NCBI GenBank assembly: GCA_025360585.1
Contig: JANYBW010000045.1
Span: forward strand, 585 to 64,584
Direction of reading: 5' to 3'
Origin: Actinomycetes bacterium
GTDB taxonomy: Bacteria > Actinomycetota > Acidimicrobiia > IMCC26256 > PALSA-610
DNA length: 64,000 bases
Made by a program: the position numbers and the translations under genes. Shown here one piece after another: positions 37,345-45,617 of this stretch (position 1 is the stretch's first letter; every line of letters begins with the position of its first letter). The notes below the pieces were generated by a model that worked only from the letters and a program-made list of their open reading frames with translations, was not told the DNA's origin and made no database searches.

Positions 37345-38277
37345 ATGACCAACGAGTTGGTGGCGGTGACGGGTGGGAGCGGCTTCGTAGGATCCCACGT
37401 TGTTGATGCACTCCTTGAATCCGGATACGCGGTTCGGGTAATCGACGGCAAAGCCCCGTTGCAACACAACGTGGATTGGGCCGAAGTCGACATGCTCGAC
37501 CAAGACTCCCTCACCGACGCAATCAAAGGTTGCGGGCCAGTATTTCACCTCGCAGCAATGGCCGACGTGAACGACGTGATGGCAGACCCCGCCGGCAGTG
37601 TCGAGCGCAACGTCTTGGGGACCGCCCGGGTGCTAGAAGCGGCGCGGCGAGCCGACGCGGGCCGGGTCCTGTTTTCCAGCACCGTGTGGGTGTACGCCGC
37701 AACCCACGGAACTCGTGTTGATGAGAGCACACCAATTTCCTTCGATACCCAACGCCATATTTATGCGTCGTCGAAAATCGCGTCGGAGTTGTTGTGCGGC
37801 GACTACGCGAATTTGTTTGGTCGGCCGTACACGATCCTGCGGTACGGCATTCCGTTTGGTCCGCGTATGCGCAGTGATTTGGTCATCGCGGCATTTATGG
37901 AACGCGCCTTGCGCGGTGAGCCCCTCAAAATCGACGGCGACGGTAGCCAACAACGCAGTTTTGTTTACGTCGAGGATCTCGCAGCTGCACACCCGCTGGC
38001 ATTGGCGCCTATCGCGGAAAACCGCACGTACAACCTCGAAGTCGCTGCGCCCATCACGATTCGCGAACTCGCCACAACCATCGGTGAGCTGGTCGGTGAT
38101 ACCGAAGTGACGTTCGGACCATCACGGCCCGGTGATTTCGAAGCTCGTGTCGTGGCTTCCGATCGAGCCCGTGACGAACTGGGTTGGCAGGCGCGGTACA
38201 GCTTCGCCGAAGGACTCGAACGAACACTCGATTGGTATCGCGGGCGCAACCTCGAATCACGCGAGGAAACGCCATGA
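37345..38277 (+). CDS. NAD-dependent nucleotide-sugar epimerase/dehydratase (extended SDR)
   Basis: It has the VTGGSGFVGSHV Rossmann motif and the catalytic YASSK. Length is 310 aa. Confidence 0.85.
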   Translation: MTNELVAVTGGSGFVGSHVVDALLESGYAVRVIDGKAPLQHNVDWAEVDMLDQDSLTDAIKGCGPVFHLAAMADVNDVMADPAGSVERNVLGTARVLEAARRADAGRVLFSSTVWVYAATHGTRVDESTPISFDTQRHIYASSKIASELLCGDYANLFGRPYTILRYGIPFGPRMRSDLVIAAFMERALRGEPLKIDGDGSQQRSFVYVEDLAAAHPLALAPIAENRTYNLEVAAPITIRELATTIGELVGDTEVTFGPSRPGDFEARVVASDRARDELGWQARYSFAEGLERTLDWYRGRNLESREETP

Positions 38278-39107
38278 CTCCACGCACCCAACGCGCTCCG
38301 CGCCGGATTGCGGTCGTACCGGCATACAACGAAGAACCAACGGTCGAAGCGGTGTTGGATATTTTGGCACCCCTTGTCGATGAGCTGGTGGTCGTCGACG
38401 ATGGCTCCACCGATAACACCCGCAAAGTGATCGAAGCCTGGTTGCCCGGTAAACGCAATGTCCGGTTGCTTGCGCATGAAACGAACCAGGGAATGAGCGA
38501 GGCCTACTACTTCGCACTCACCGATTTGCGCGAGCGGCTGCGTAGTGGCGAGCTTGATTCCGATGATCTTGTGTTTACCGTGGACGCGGATGGCCAACAC
38601 GACCTTGGGGTGCTCGACACGCTGACCCGTATCACAATTGATGAAGGCCTCGACGCGATGTTGGCTCGACGCGATCTCTCGGACTACCCGAAATACAAGG
38701 TCTTGGGCAACTGGGTGATGAGCACGTGGGCATCGATATGGGCCGGCACGCGCCTCTACGACGTTGAATCCGGATATCGAATTTTTCGGCTGGGCGCGCT
38801 CACCCACGCGCTCGACTACTACCAGGGATATCAATATTCCGAGACAGTCGAAGTTGCGGTCGTGATGTGTCGCCTCGGGTATCGCGTGCGCAACGATTAC
38901 CTCGTCCCCGTACCGATCTTTCGTTCGCGCACTCGTATGCGCGATGCCGTCATCGATCTCGCGGTGATGCCGCGGGCCGCGTGGCGGGTATGGCGTGCTC
39001 GGTTCAGGTTTGGGGCATTGGTCGGCCGCTGCATAGCCGCGGCCTCTGCGGCAGGTGGGATCGTCGCGGCACGAGGCGCGTGGCGTGCAAAGCGTCGTCA
39101 CCGCTAA
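38274..39107 (+). CDS. family-2 glycosyltransferase, polyprenol-phosphate sugar transferase-like (DPM1/ArnC-like)
   Basis: It has an ATGA overlap with the epimerase gene. Motifs are IAVVPAYNEE, VVVDDGSTDNT and VDADGQHD. Confidence 0.85.
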   Translation: MTPRTQRAPRRIAVVPAYNEEPTVEAVLDILAPLVDELVVVDDGSTDNTRKVIEAWLPGKRNVRLLAHETNQGMSEAYYFALTDLRERLRSGELDSDDLVFTVDADGQHDLGVLDTLTRITIDEGLDAMLARRDLSDYPKYKVLGNWVMSTWASIWAGTRLYDVESGYRIFRLGALTHALDYYQGYQYSETVEVAVVMCRLGYRVRNDYLVPVPIFRSRTRMRDAVIDLAVMPRAAWRVWRARFRFGALVGRCIAAASAAGGIVAARGAWRAKRRHR

Positions 39108-40398
39108 CGAAACCATCGAGTCCGTGCCGCGTTGGTACTCACGCGGGGGCCTCCTCGCACTGCTGATTGCGATCACCGCATGGCTGGTCGTCGGCGGCGC
39201 TTACTTGTCGAAACGGATTGCGCTGTCACCCGACAGTATGAATAATTACGCCCACGTGTGGTGGATTGCCCAAGGGATAGCGCGCAACCATCGAATCCCG
39301 TGGGCGATGCCCGTACTTGGCCACGGTGACGCCTTGACGTTTCCGTACGGTTTTTTGAATTGGAGTACCGCGGGATTGCTGTGGTCATCCTGGGGAGATT
39401 CCGTTACCACCGCATGGACACTGCTCGGGGCAGTCGGTTCGATAGTGGCGACGTTCATTGCCTTTCCAGAGCTGCGAAAGCCTTGGTACGCGACCGCAGC
39501 GCTCTGCAATCCAGTGATCATCTTGGGGCTGCTGTTCGGCCAACAAACCTTTTTATGGTCCGCGACCGTGTTCCTTCTGGGCATTTCCGCGTGGCGCCGC
39601 GACCGTTACCAGCTCGCGGCAGTGTTCGTTGGGCTTGCGCAAGCGAACCACGCGGCGGTCGTGTTGCCAATGGGGTGTGTCGTAGCGGGCATCTACTGGA
39701 TGTACACCGCGAATCGTTCGCGACTGGCGCGTTGGTACGCGGTCGCGTTGGTGATTTCGGCTCCCGCTGCGGTGTTGGTGTTCATTTCTCCCGCATTTAG
39801 CTCGAGCTCGACGCGTGATCGGGTCGTGAACTTCTTTTCTACCCTGAGCCCCCGTATCTTGATCGTCGCGGTGCCGATCGTGATGTTGATCACGATTCAG
39901 CGTTCGTCGCGTCGACAGTTGTATCTGTTGGGGCCCACGATGGTCTTGGTCTGCCTGCTCGGGAATTTTGCGATCAACGTTCCCTTGAGTGGCTACATGG
40001 GCTGGCGAACCTTTGGTCGAGTTGAACACCGCAGCGCAATGCAGCGTTACCTTGCTTCATCGGCGTATCACGCGTCCGCTACGCATCGGCTGCTGCGCGG
40101 CAGCGATTCCAAACTCGGCATGTACATGTTGTTGCAAGCTGGTGGGCGTTTGGATTCAGAGTTCTTTCCCGAGAGTCAAGCGATGGTGAGCTTTGCGAGC
40201 TCCGATGCGTACGCGTCGCTGCTGTGCGAACGGCGGATCGATCAAGTCGTCGCGTTTCGTTCCTACGATTTGGCGCGCCACACCAATGAGCATCGGTGGC
40301 TCTCGGAACTCGGCAACACGTCGAATCGCAGAGTCGGAGTGAAGCTCATAGCCCATGACCGCGACTTCGACGTCTTCGATGTCGCGCGCCATTGCTAG
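39055..40398 (+). CDS. polytopic membrane protein, possible GT-C glycosyltransferase or polymerase
   Basis: The 447-aa longest ORF has about 9-10 hydrophobic segments and sits last in the aminotransferase/epimerase/GT2 operon. The family was not recognised and the start is uncertain. Confidence 0.5.
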   Translation: MGSSRHEARGVQSVVTANETIESVPRWYSRGGLLALLIAITAWLVVGGAYLSKRIALSPDSMNNYAHVWWIAQGIARNHRIPWAMPVLGHGDALTFPYGFLNWSTAGLLWSSWGDSVTTAWTLLGAVGSIVATFIAFPELRKPWYATAALCNPVIILGLLFGQQTFLWSATVFLLGISAWRRDRYQLAAVFVGLAQANHAAVVLPMGCVVAGIYWMYTANRSRLARWYAVALVISAPAAVLVFISPAFSSSSTRDRVVNFFSTLSPRILIVAVPIVMLITIQRSSRRQLYLLGPTMVLVCLLGNFAINVPLSGYMGWRTFGRVEHRSAMQRYLASSAYHASATHRLLRGSDSKLGMYMLLQAGGRLDSEFFPESQAMVSFASSDAYASLLCERRIDQVVAFRSYDLARHTNEHRWLSELGNTSNRRVGVKLIAHDRDFDVFDVARHC

Positions 40399-40474
40399 TG
40401 TTTCTGTGTCATAAGTGTGTTGTGGAATCGGCGTTCATGATCAGCGAATTACCAACTGAACTTCTGTCAGTGCA

Positions 40475-41191
40475 TTAGCGGCTGGTTGCGCTGCTTGTGG
40501 TTGGGTTCGAGGTCTCGACTACGTGGTTGTGGGCCGAACGAATCGTGAGGTTGCGCGTGCGAAATGCCGCGCAACGAAAGTTCGCTTTCGTCTTGGTGGT
40601 CACGCCGAATTCAGATCGTTGATTGAGGAGCCCTGGATGATTCGATGATTGCGTACCACCGCGGATCACTGCCCCGGTTGCATGAACAAAGCGCAATGGT
40701 TGTCGTACCCATTCGCCAGGACCAAGAGCGCCGCCCGTAATTCCCAACGAACTGCGGTCGACGACGGTGGCCGTCCAAGCCTCGTTGCCCCACGAGTAGG
40801 TGCGACCATCCCCGCCTCGCATTGCGAAATCCCATTGGGCTTCGGTCGGTAGTTGTTTGTGACGTGCCGCGCAGTATGCGGTTGCGAATGCGTACGAAAC
40901 GATCGCATTTGTATGCGGCCCGGCTCCGGGCTTGATTGCTAGTTGTTGATCGATCGCGAAGCCCGGCATATCGAGCCAGCGGGCTTTGAGCTCGCCCGTG
41001 TTCGGGCTCAGTGCGCCGATGAGATGTCGCCCCGAGGGTATCCATGTCATGCCCTGTGCGTCGGCTTCGGCGAGTGCAGCAACTCCGTTGTAGCGCTGGA
41101 CTGTGTAGGCGCTGGTCGCCGCGACGATTGCAACGCTGACGATCCACGCGGCGCCAAGGCGAGTTCGGCGGAATCGAATCGGTTTACTCAT
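40475..41191 (-). CDS. membrane-anchored FGE-sulfatase-fold (SUMF1/EgtB/PvdO-like) domain protein
   Basis: The N-terminal anchor is LGAAWIVSVAIVAATSAY. It also has MTWIPSG.HLIG, ATAYCAARHKQLPTEAQWDFAMRGGDGRTYSWGNE and a C-terminal NFRCA. It has an ATGA overlap with the upstream gene. Confidence 0.7.
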   Translation of the reverse strand: MSKPIRFRRTRLGAAWIVSVAIVAATSAYTVQRYNGVAALAEADAQGMTWIPSGRHLIGALSPNTGELKARWLDMPGFAIDQQLAIKPGAGPHTNAIVSYAFATAYCAARHKQLPTEAQWDFAMRGGDGRTYSWGNEAWTATVVDRSSLGITGGALGPGEWVRQPLRFVHATGAVIRGGTQSSNHPGLLNQRSEFGVTTKTKANFRCAAFRTRNLTIRSAHNHVVETSNPTTSSATSR

Positions 41192-41799
41192 CGGGAGCGC
41201 GCGGCTTCACGCGTCGGGGTGGCGGCCTGCCGCGTTGCCGCGGCAGGCGCGACGCGCGTCTGTTTACGCTGAGCTCGCCGTGGTGCAAGGACTCGCACAA
41301 CGCCTAAAAACAACACGGTCATCGTTGTTGCGATTGCAACGATTTTGGCGACCTGCAACTTGCCCTCGGTGCCGGCGAGGAGGCCATGGACCATCGCGCT
41401 GGCAAACAGCACGAAGCTGGTCATGTGAATCGCGTGCCACACCGCGCGCGGCATCCGCTTCATGCACCACGACGAGATCTGAATTGTGGTCAAGAGCCAA
41501 AAGGCCAAGACGCCCCAAGCGACTGCTCCGGGTTTCCAATGGGTGGCGAAGGGAATCAGCAGATCCGCAAGGGAAAACGGCGCGTAGTTGTCGGCCATGA
41601 GCGAACCCATGTGGATGCCAGTGGCGATGATGCCCAGAATGCCGAGGAACTTGTGCATCTCCATCAGCCACGCCGGCGCCACTGACCGACCAAAAAGCCG
41701 CGTCGAGAGCACCAGCCCGAACGCCACCGACGAAGTGATCACTCCGAACGCGACGGTTCCCGATGCCCTCGACAAGTACCACCAAAAGTGACTCCCCAT
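41188..41799 (-). CDS. ferric-reductase-like transmembrane (MsrQ/YedZ-like, di-heme b) protein
   Basis: There are six hydrophobic segments and paired His residues in TM helices (EMHKFLGILGIIATGIHMG; WHAIHMTSFVLFASAMVHG). The start overlaps the upstream stop by 1 nt (TAATG). Confidence 0.7.
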   Translation of the reverse strand: MGSHFWWYLSRASGTVAFGVITSSVAFGLVLSTRLFGRSVAPAWLMEMHKFLGILGIIATGIHMGSLMADNYAPFSLADLLIPFATHWKPGAVAWGVLAFWLLTTIQISSWCMKRMPRAVWHAIHMTSFVLFASAMVHGLLAGTEGKLQVAKIVAIATTMTVLFLGVVRVLAPRRAQRKQTRVAPAAATRQAATPTREAARSR

Positions 41800-42401
41800 T
41801 ATTTCGGGGCACTCCCACCGCTCGACGTCGTCGGCGGGGGAGGGGGTGGCGGGGGAGGTGGTGCAGGCCGCGTGATCGGCGGCGGCGCAACGTGGATTCC
41901 CGTGGTGGGCGTGCTCGATGCGCCACCTGACCCCCCGTTAGTGGTGGGCGGATGGGTCGTGGGTGTGGTTCGCGAAGGTGAGGCGGAGTTGCCGCCGCGT
42001 CCCAAATTTGTTGGATTGGTCGCGCCGCCCGATCCAGTACCGGACCCCGCGGCTGGTGGTTGTGTGAGCGCGCCCTTTCCCGCAGCTGGCCCGCCACCGG
42101 GTTGGCCAGTCGCGGGACCTACCGCAGTACCGTTGTTGGGCGCGTCGCCCGGTGCACGAGTACCGGCCCGACCGTTCGATTGTGGGAGGCCACTGCGGTG
42201 TACGTACACGATGCGGGGCGCGGCAGGCACAACAATGGGTTGCGGCGCTAGTACGCCCACCACTGTCGACCGTTCAGCTTTTGCATTCGCGAGCGCTTGG
42301 TCTCGCGTCGCGAGCGCGCCGGTGGTGACGACCGTTGCCGCGATCGCGCTCGACGACGCCAACACTTTGCTGGCAGTTGCTGTTCGTTTGCGTTTGGTCA
42401 T
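41799..42401 (-). CDS. secreted/anchored intrinsically disordered Pro/Gly/Thr-rich protein (contains Pro x10)
   Basis: The N-terminus is basic then hydrophobic (MTKRKRTATASKVLASSSAIAATVVTTGALA). A short PRIVYVH strand is followed by low complexity, with PPPPPPPPPP encoded at 41832-41861. Translational coupling to the next gene supports it being coding. Confidence 0.5.
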   Translation of the reverse strand: MTKRKRTATASKVLASSSAIAATVVTTGALATRDQALANAKAERSTVVGVLAPQPIVVPAAPRIVYVHRSGLPQSNGRAGTRAPGDAPNNGTAVGPATGQPGGGPAAGKGALTQPPAAGSGTGSGGATNPTNLGRGGNSASPSRTTPTTHPPTTNGGSGGASSTPTTGIHVAPPPITRPAPPPPPPPPPPTTSSGGSAPK

Positions 42402-42609
42402 GTTTGCCCTTAGGTCCGAGTCCGTCCCGATGAACCTACGGAGTACTTCGGCAAGAGACGCTCAACGCTGTTCCAATCAAACGTAAAGATTTGGGCGATT
42501 TGCAGAATTGTTGCCTTCTTGGGTCAATCCTCAAGCTTGCTTGGTCGATGGTTTCGTACGGTGCAATTGCGGCCACGGGGGTCGGATCGAATGCACCACG
42601 GAGGCCACC

Positions 42610-43209
42610 ATGAAAAAACGCAACGCAATCACCATCGCATCAATCGCGTCAATCGGTTTCGGAACTGTGGCCGCGTCGGCAATGCAGGGCGAATCAAACC
42701 TGGCAGCTAGCGCCCAATCGGGTGCTAACAGCGATGTTGTACAGGCCACCGACGTCGCCAGCAAGGTTGCCAAGCCAAAAGTGATCAAGGTCTTCGTCAC
42801 AGATCCTGAGACTGCGCCGCAACCGCAGGACTCTGGTCCTGCGACCACCGGTACATCCGCTCCGGCCACAAGCTCCGCGGGCAGTGAACCGATTACGCCG
42901 CCCGACGAGCGGGCGCCGGATACCCCACGTGTTCCGCGCCATCGTTCGTCGATTCCCGCGAGCGGCAAGAAATCAGGCAATGATTCCGCCGGGTCGAATC
43001 CGTTAGTCACCGACGACGGTGGGTCGTCGAACAACGCGAACGACGATTCGTCAAGCCACGTTGATCCCACTCCTTCGTCGAGTGTCGCACCGCCGCCAAC
43101 GACTACAACCGGCGGTTCGGGCTCGAGTGCCAGTCACGGTGGGCACGACCGCAGCGACGATTCCAGCGAAGATTCCAGCGACGACGGCAGCGCTAACGGT
43201 GGCGACTGA
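42610..43209 (+). CDS. secreted/anchored intrinsically disordered Ser/Asp/Pro-rich protein (architectural paralog of 41799-42401)
   Basis: The ATG at 42610 has a GGAGG SD 8 nt upstream. It begins MKKRNAITIASIASIGFGTVAASA, has a short PKVIKVFV strand, then low complexity. Confidence 0.5.
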   Translation: MKKRNAITIASIASIGFGTVAASAMQGESNLAASAQSGANSDVVQATDVASKVAKPKVIKVFVTDPETAPQPQDSGPATTGTSAPATSSAGSEPITPPDERAPDTPRVPRHRSSIPASGKKSGNDSAGSNPLVTDDGGSSNNANDDSSSHVDPTPSSSVAPPPTTTTGGSGSSASHGGHDRSDDSSEDSSDDGSANGGD

Positions 43210-43299
43210 TCTGAGGCCGTCTCGACGTGAGGGTGCAGCCGTTGGTAATCGCGCGCAGGCGGCCGGGAGCAACGGCGGTGGCGACCGTCGTGATTCAAC

Positions 43300-44271
43300 G
43301 TGACGGTGCAGTCGGAGCGATTCTTTGCGATGGGCTGCGATGCCCACGTTGTCGTCGTTGATGCCGACCCTGCGGCGCGACGCGACGCTCAGGCCTATGC
43401 CCGAACCCACCTCGAAGCGCTGGAAGGTCGTTGGTCTCGATTTCGCCCTACGAGTGAAATTTCTTTGCTGAACGAAAAGCGCGGAGTGCCCGTTGTGGTA
43501 TCTCGCGATACCTTCGATCTCATCGAACGTGCGGTGCATGCTTGCGATCTGACCCGCGGGCACTATGACCCGACCGTGCTCGATACCATGCTCGCGTTGG
43601 GCTACAACCGCACGTTCAACGATCTCGCAGCGGCTCCAAAACGATCACATTTCGGAGTGGTGGCACCGGGCTGCGGTGGTATCGCGCTCAATCGAACACT
43701 GCGATCGGTAACCCTTGCGCCTGATGTCGGATTTGATCCGGGCGGTATTGGAAAAGGCTTCGCCGCGGATCTCGTCGTTGAGGCATTGCGGGCACGCGGT
43801 ATTGCTGGTGCCATGGTGAATCTTGGCGGTGATGTTGCCGTCGATGGTCAAGCTCCCGATGCCAACGGTTGGATTATCGGCATCGAGGATCCGAGCGATC
43901 CGCAGCGCATTGTCGCTCGGGTCACGATGGAATCGGGGGGCGTCTGTACCAGCAGCCGCACCCGCCGAACTTGGATTGGGGCCGATGGCAATGGACTCCA
44001 TCATCTCGTTGATCCCCACACCGGTCGGCCGGTCGCAGGCAACCTGGAATCGGTGACGGTGGTGGCCGGAGCCGCATGGTTCGCGGAGATCACCGCGAAG
44101 GCATTCTTTGTTGGTGCGGCCTCGACCGAGCAACACTGGGTACCGGCAACCGATATGGCGTTCGCCGATGTGCATACGTGTGCGATTGACGCCAACAACG
44201 AGTTCGTCTTCACGGGGGATCGCGGGGTCTTCGACTGCGACTCTGATACTCGACTCCGCGTGCGGGTGTAA
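43300..44271 (+). CDS. apbE: FAD:protein FMN transferase (ApbE family), no obvious signal peptide
   Basis: It has AMGCDAHVVV, RFRPTSEISLLN, GGIGKGFAADLV and VNLGGDVAV. Length is 323 aa with a GTG start. Confidence 0.85.
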   Translation: MTVQSERFFAMGCDAHVVVVDADPAARRDAQAYARTHLEALEGRWSRFRPTSEISLLNEKRGVPVVVSRDTFDLIERAVHACDLTRGHYDPTVLDTMLALGYNRTFNDLAAAPKRSHFGVVAPGCGGIALNRTLRSVTLAPDVGFDPGGIGKGFAADLVVEALRARGIAGAMVNLGGDVAVDGQAPDANGWIIGIEDPSDPQRIVARVTMESGGVCTSSRTRRTWIGADGNGLHHLVDPHTGRPVAGNLESVTVVAGAAWFAEITAKAFFVGAASTEQHWVPATDMAFADVHTCAIDANNEFVFTGDRGVFDCDSDTRLRVRV

Positions 44272-44296
44272 CCGATCGTTGGCCGACGATCCCGCG

Positions 44297-44363
44297 CGAA
44301 CTGCTCGCTCGAACTGCTCGCTCGAATTGCTCGCTCGAATTGCTCGCCTCGAATTGCTCGCCT
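44297..44363. repeat. 13-14 nt tandem repeat x5 (CGAA[CT]TGCTCGC[C]T), intergenic
   Basis: Read directly: cgaactgctcgct x2, cgaattgctcgct x1, cgaattgctcgcct x2. The array ends 38 nt upstream of the acyl-CoA dehydrogenase ATG. Confidence 0.9.
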
Positions 44364-44401
44364 CTGGGGCAGGCCCGCGCCAGCCTTGGTAGCTTCGAGC
44401 G

Positions 44402-45592
44402 ATGCGCCTCCAATACGACGCCGCGGACGAAGCATTCCGGGCTGAGCTCATCGACTGGCTAGCCGAAAATACGCCGCCGCGCGAGCTACTCAATTCTGAG
44501 AAGCTCTCGAGCGCGTGGATGCCGGATTGGGTTCGAGCCTGGCAGCGGAAACTCTTTGATGCCGGGTGGCTCGTGCCGGGATGGCCACCGGAATACGGCG
44601 GCCGCAACGCGACAGCCTCGCAACAGATGATCTACTTCGACGAGCTGTCGCGCCGCCAGATCGTGCGCACGTGGAACCCACAGGCACTCGGAATCATCGC
44701 GCCGTCGATCGACGATTACGGTACCGATGAACAAAAGCAGCGGTTCGTATTGCCGACATTGCGCGCCGAAATTGGTTGGTGCCTCGGGATGAGCGAACCC
44801 GGCTCGGGTTCTGATCTTGCGTCGCTACAAACCAAAGCCGTCCTCGATGGCGACGAGTTCGTTGTCAACGGCCAAAAGGTATGGACTTCGGGCGCGCAAC
44901 ACGCCGATTGGTGTCTCTGTTTTGTCCGCACCGACCCAACGGTGCCGAAACATAAAGGCATCAGCGCGCTCATCATCGATATGAAATTGCCTGGGATCGA
45001 TTGCCGGCCGTTTCCTGAGCTCACTGACCCGGACTACTGCGATTTCAATGAAGTGTTCTTCAACGATGTTCGCGTTCCCAAGGAAAACTTGCTGGGCACA
45101 TTGAACGGCGGTTGGCCGATCACGCAGGGTTCGCTGGCCCACGAACGTGCCATGCTATGGATAGACCACGCCTATCTACTCCAGCTCGCGGTGCAATCCA
45201 TGGTTGACCTCGGTGATCGAATTGGGCCGAGCGGTACGCGGCTAGGCGACGACCCGAAGTTTCGCGACTCCGTAGCATCGTTTCAGGTAGACGCGATGGC
45301 CATGATGGCGATGGGGTACCGCGGTTTTTCGAAATTCATGGCTGGCCGTTCTGCTCCGGAGCATTCGCTGCTGAAATTGTTTGGCAGCGAACGCATGCAG
45401 CAATGCATCTTGGCGGGCGCTGAGTTTCTCGGACCAAACGCGCTCGAAGTGAACGAACCGGGCCCGCGCTTGTGGCGCAACGGCTCGTGGATGATCCAGT
45501 ATTTGCGGAGTTTCAGCGCCACGTTGCCCGGCGGCACTAGCGAGATCCAACGCAACATCATCGCCGAACGGGTTCTCGGGCTTCCCCGATGA
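44402..45592 (+). CDS. acyl-CoA dehydrogenase
   Basis: It has GMSEPGSGSDLASLQT, a typical ACAD motif, and the C-terminus PGGTSEIQRNIIAERVLGLP. Confidence 0.9.
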   Translation: MRLQYDAADEAFRAELIDWLAENTPPRELLNSEKLSSAWMPDWVRAWQRKLFDAGWLVPGWPPEYGGRNATASQQMIYFDELSRRQIVRTWNPQALGIIAPSIDDYGTDEQKQRFVLPTLRAEIGWCLGMSEPGSGSDLASLQTKAVLDGDEFVVNGQKVWTSGAQHADWCLCFVRTDPTVPKHKGISALIIDMKLPGIDCRPFPELTDPDYCDFNEVFFNDVRVPKENLLGTLNGGWPITQGSLAHERAMLWIDHAYLLQLAVQSMVDLGDRIGPSGTRLGDDPKFRDSVASFQVDAMAMMAMGYRGFSKFMAGRSAPEHSLLKLFGSERMQQCILAGAEFLGPNALEVNEPGPRLWRNGSWMIQYLRSFSATLPGGTSEIQRNIIAERVLGLPR

Positions 45593-45617
45593 TTCGACGG
45601 TGCCAGCTCGGTGCGTC

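Noticed and set aside
41264-42097. Long ORFs overlapping called genes in other frames or on the other strand: 41264-42097, 41788-42486, 21680-22540, 22556-23413, 43645-44607, 46134-47063, 54423-55271, 62322-63014, 13837-14490, 14761-15471, 37965-39176, 32462-33088.
   Set aside because: These are typical shadow ORFs of GC-rich DNA. Each overlaps a gene with recognisable family motifs, and their translations are Arg/Ala/Pro/Ser-rich with no recognisable domains.
41799-43209. The two disordered proteins, considered as ApbE flavinylation substrates (searched for the [ST]GA[ST]-type flavinylation motif).
   Set aside because: Only weak look-alikes are present (GSGGATN, QSGANS), embedded in low-complexity sequence with no FMN-binding-domain context. 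The ApbE also lacks an obvious signal peptide, so a link is not supported.
44297-44363. Short tandem arrays (here and at 25501-25536, 59861-59908, 16318-16341), considered as CRISPR arrays.
   Set aside because: The units are 12-14 nt and directly abutting with no spacers. There are no cas genes in the window.
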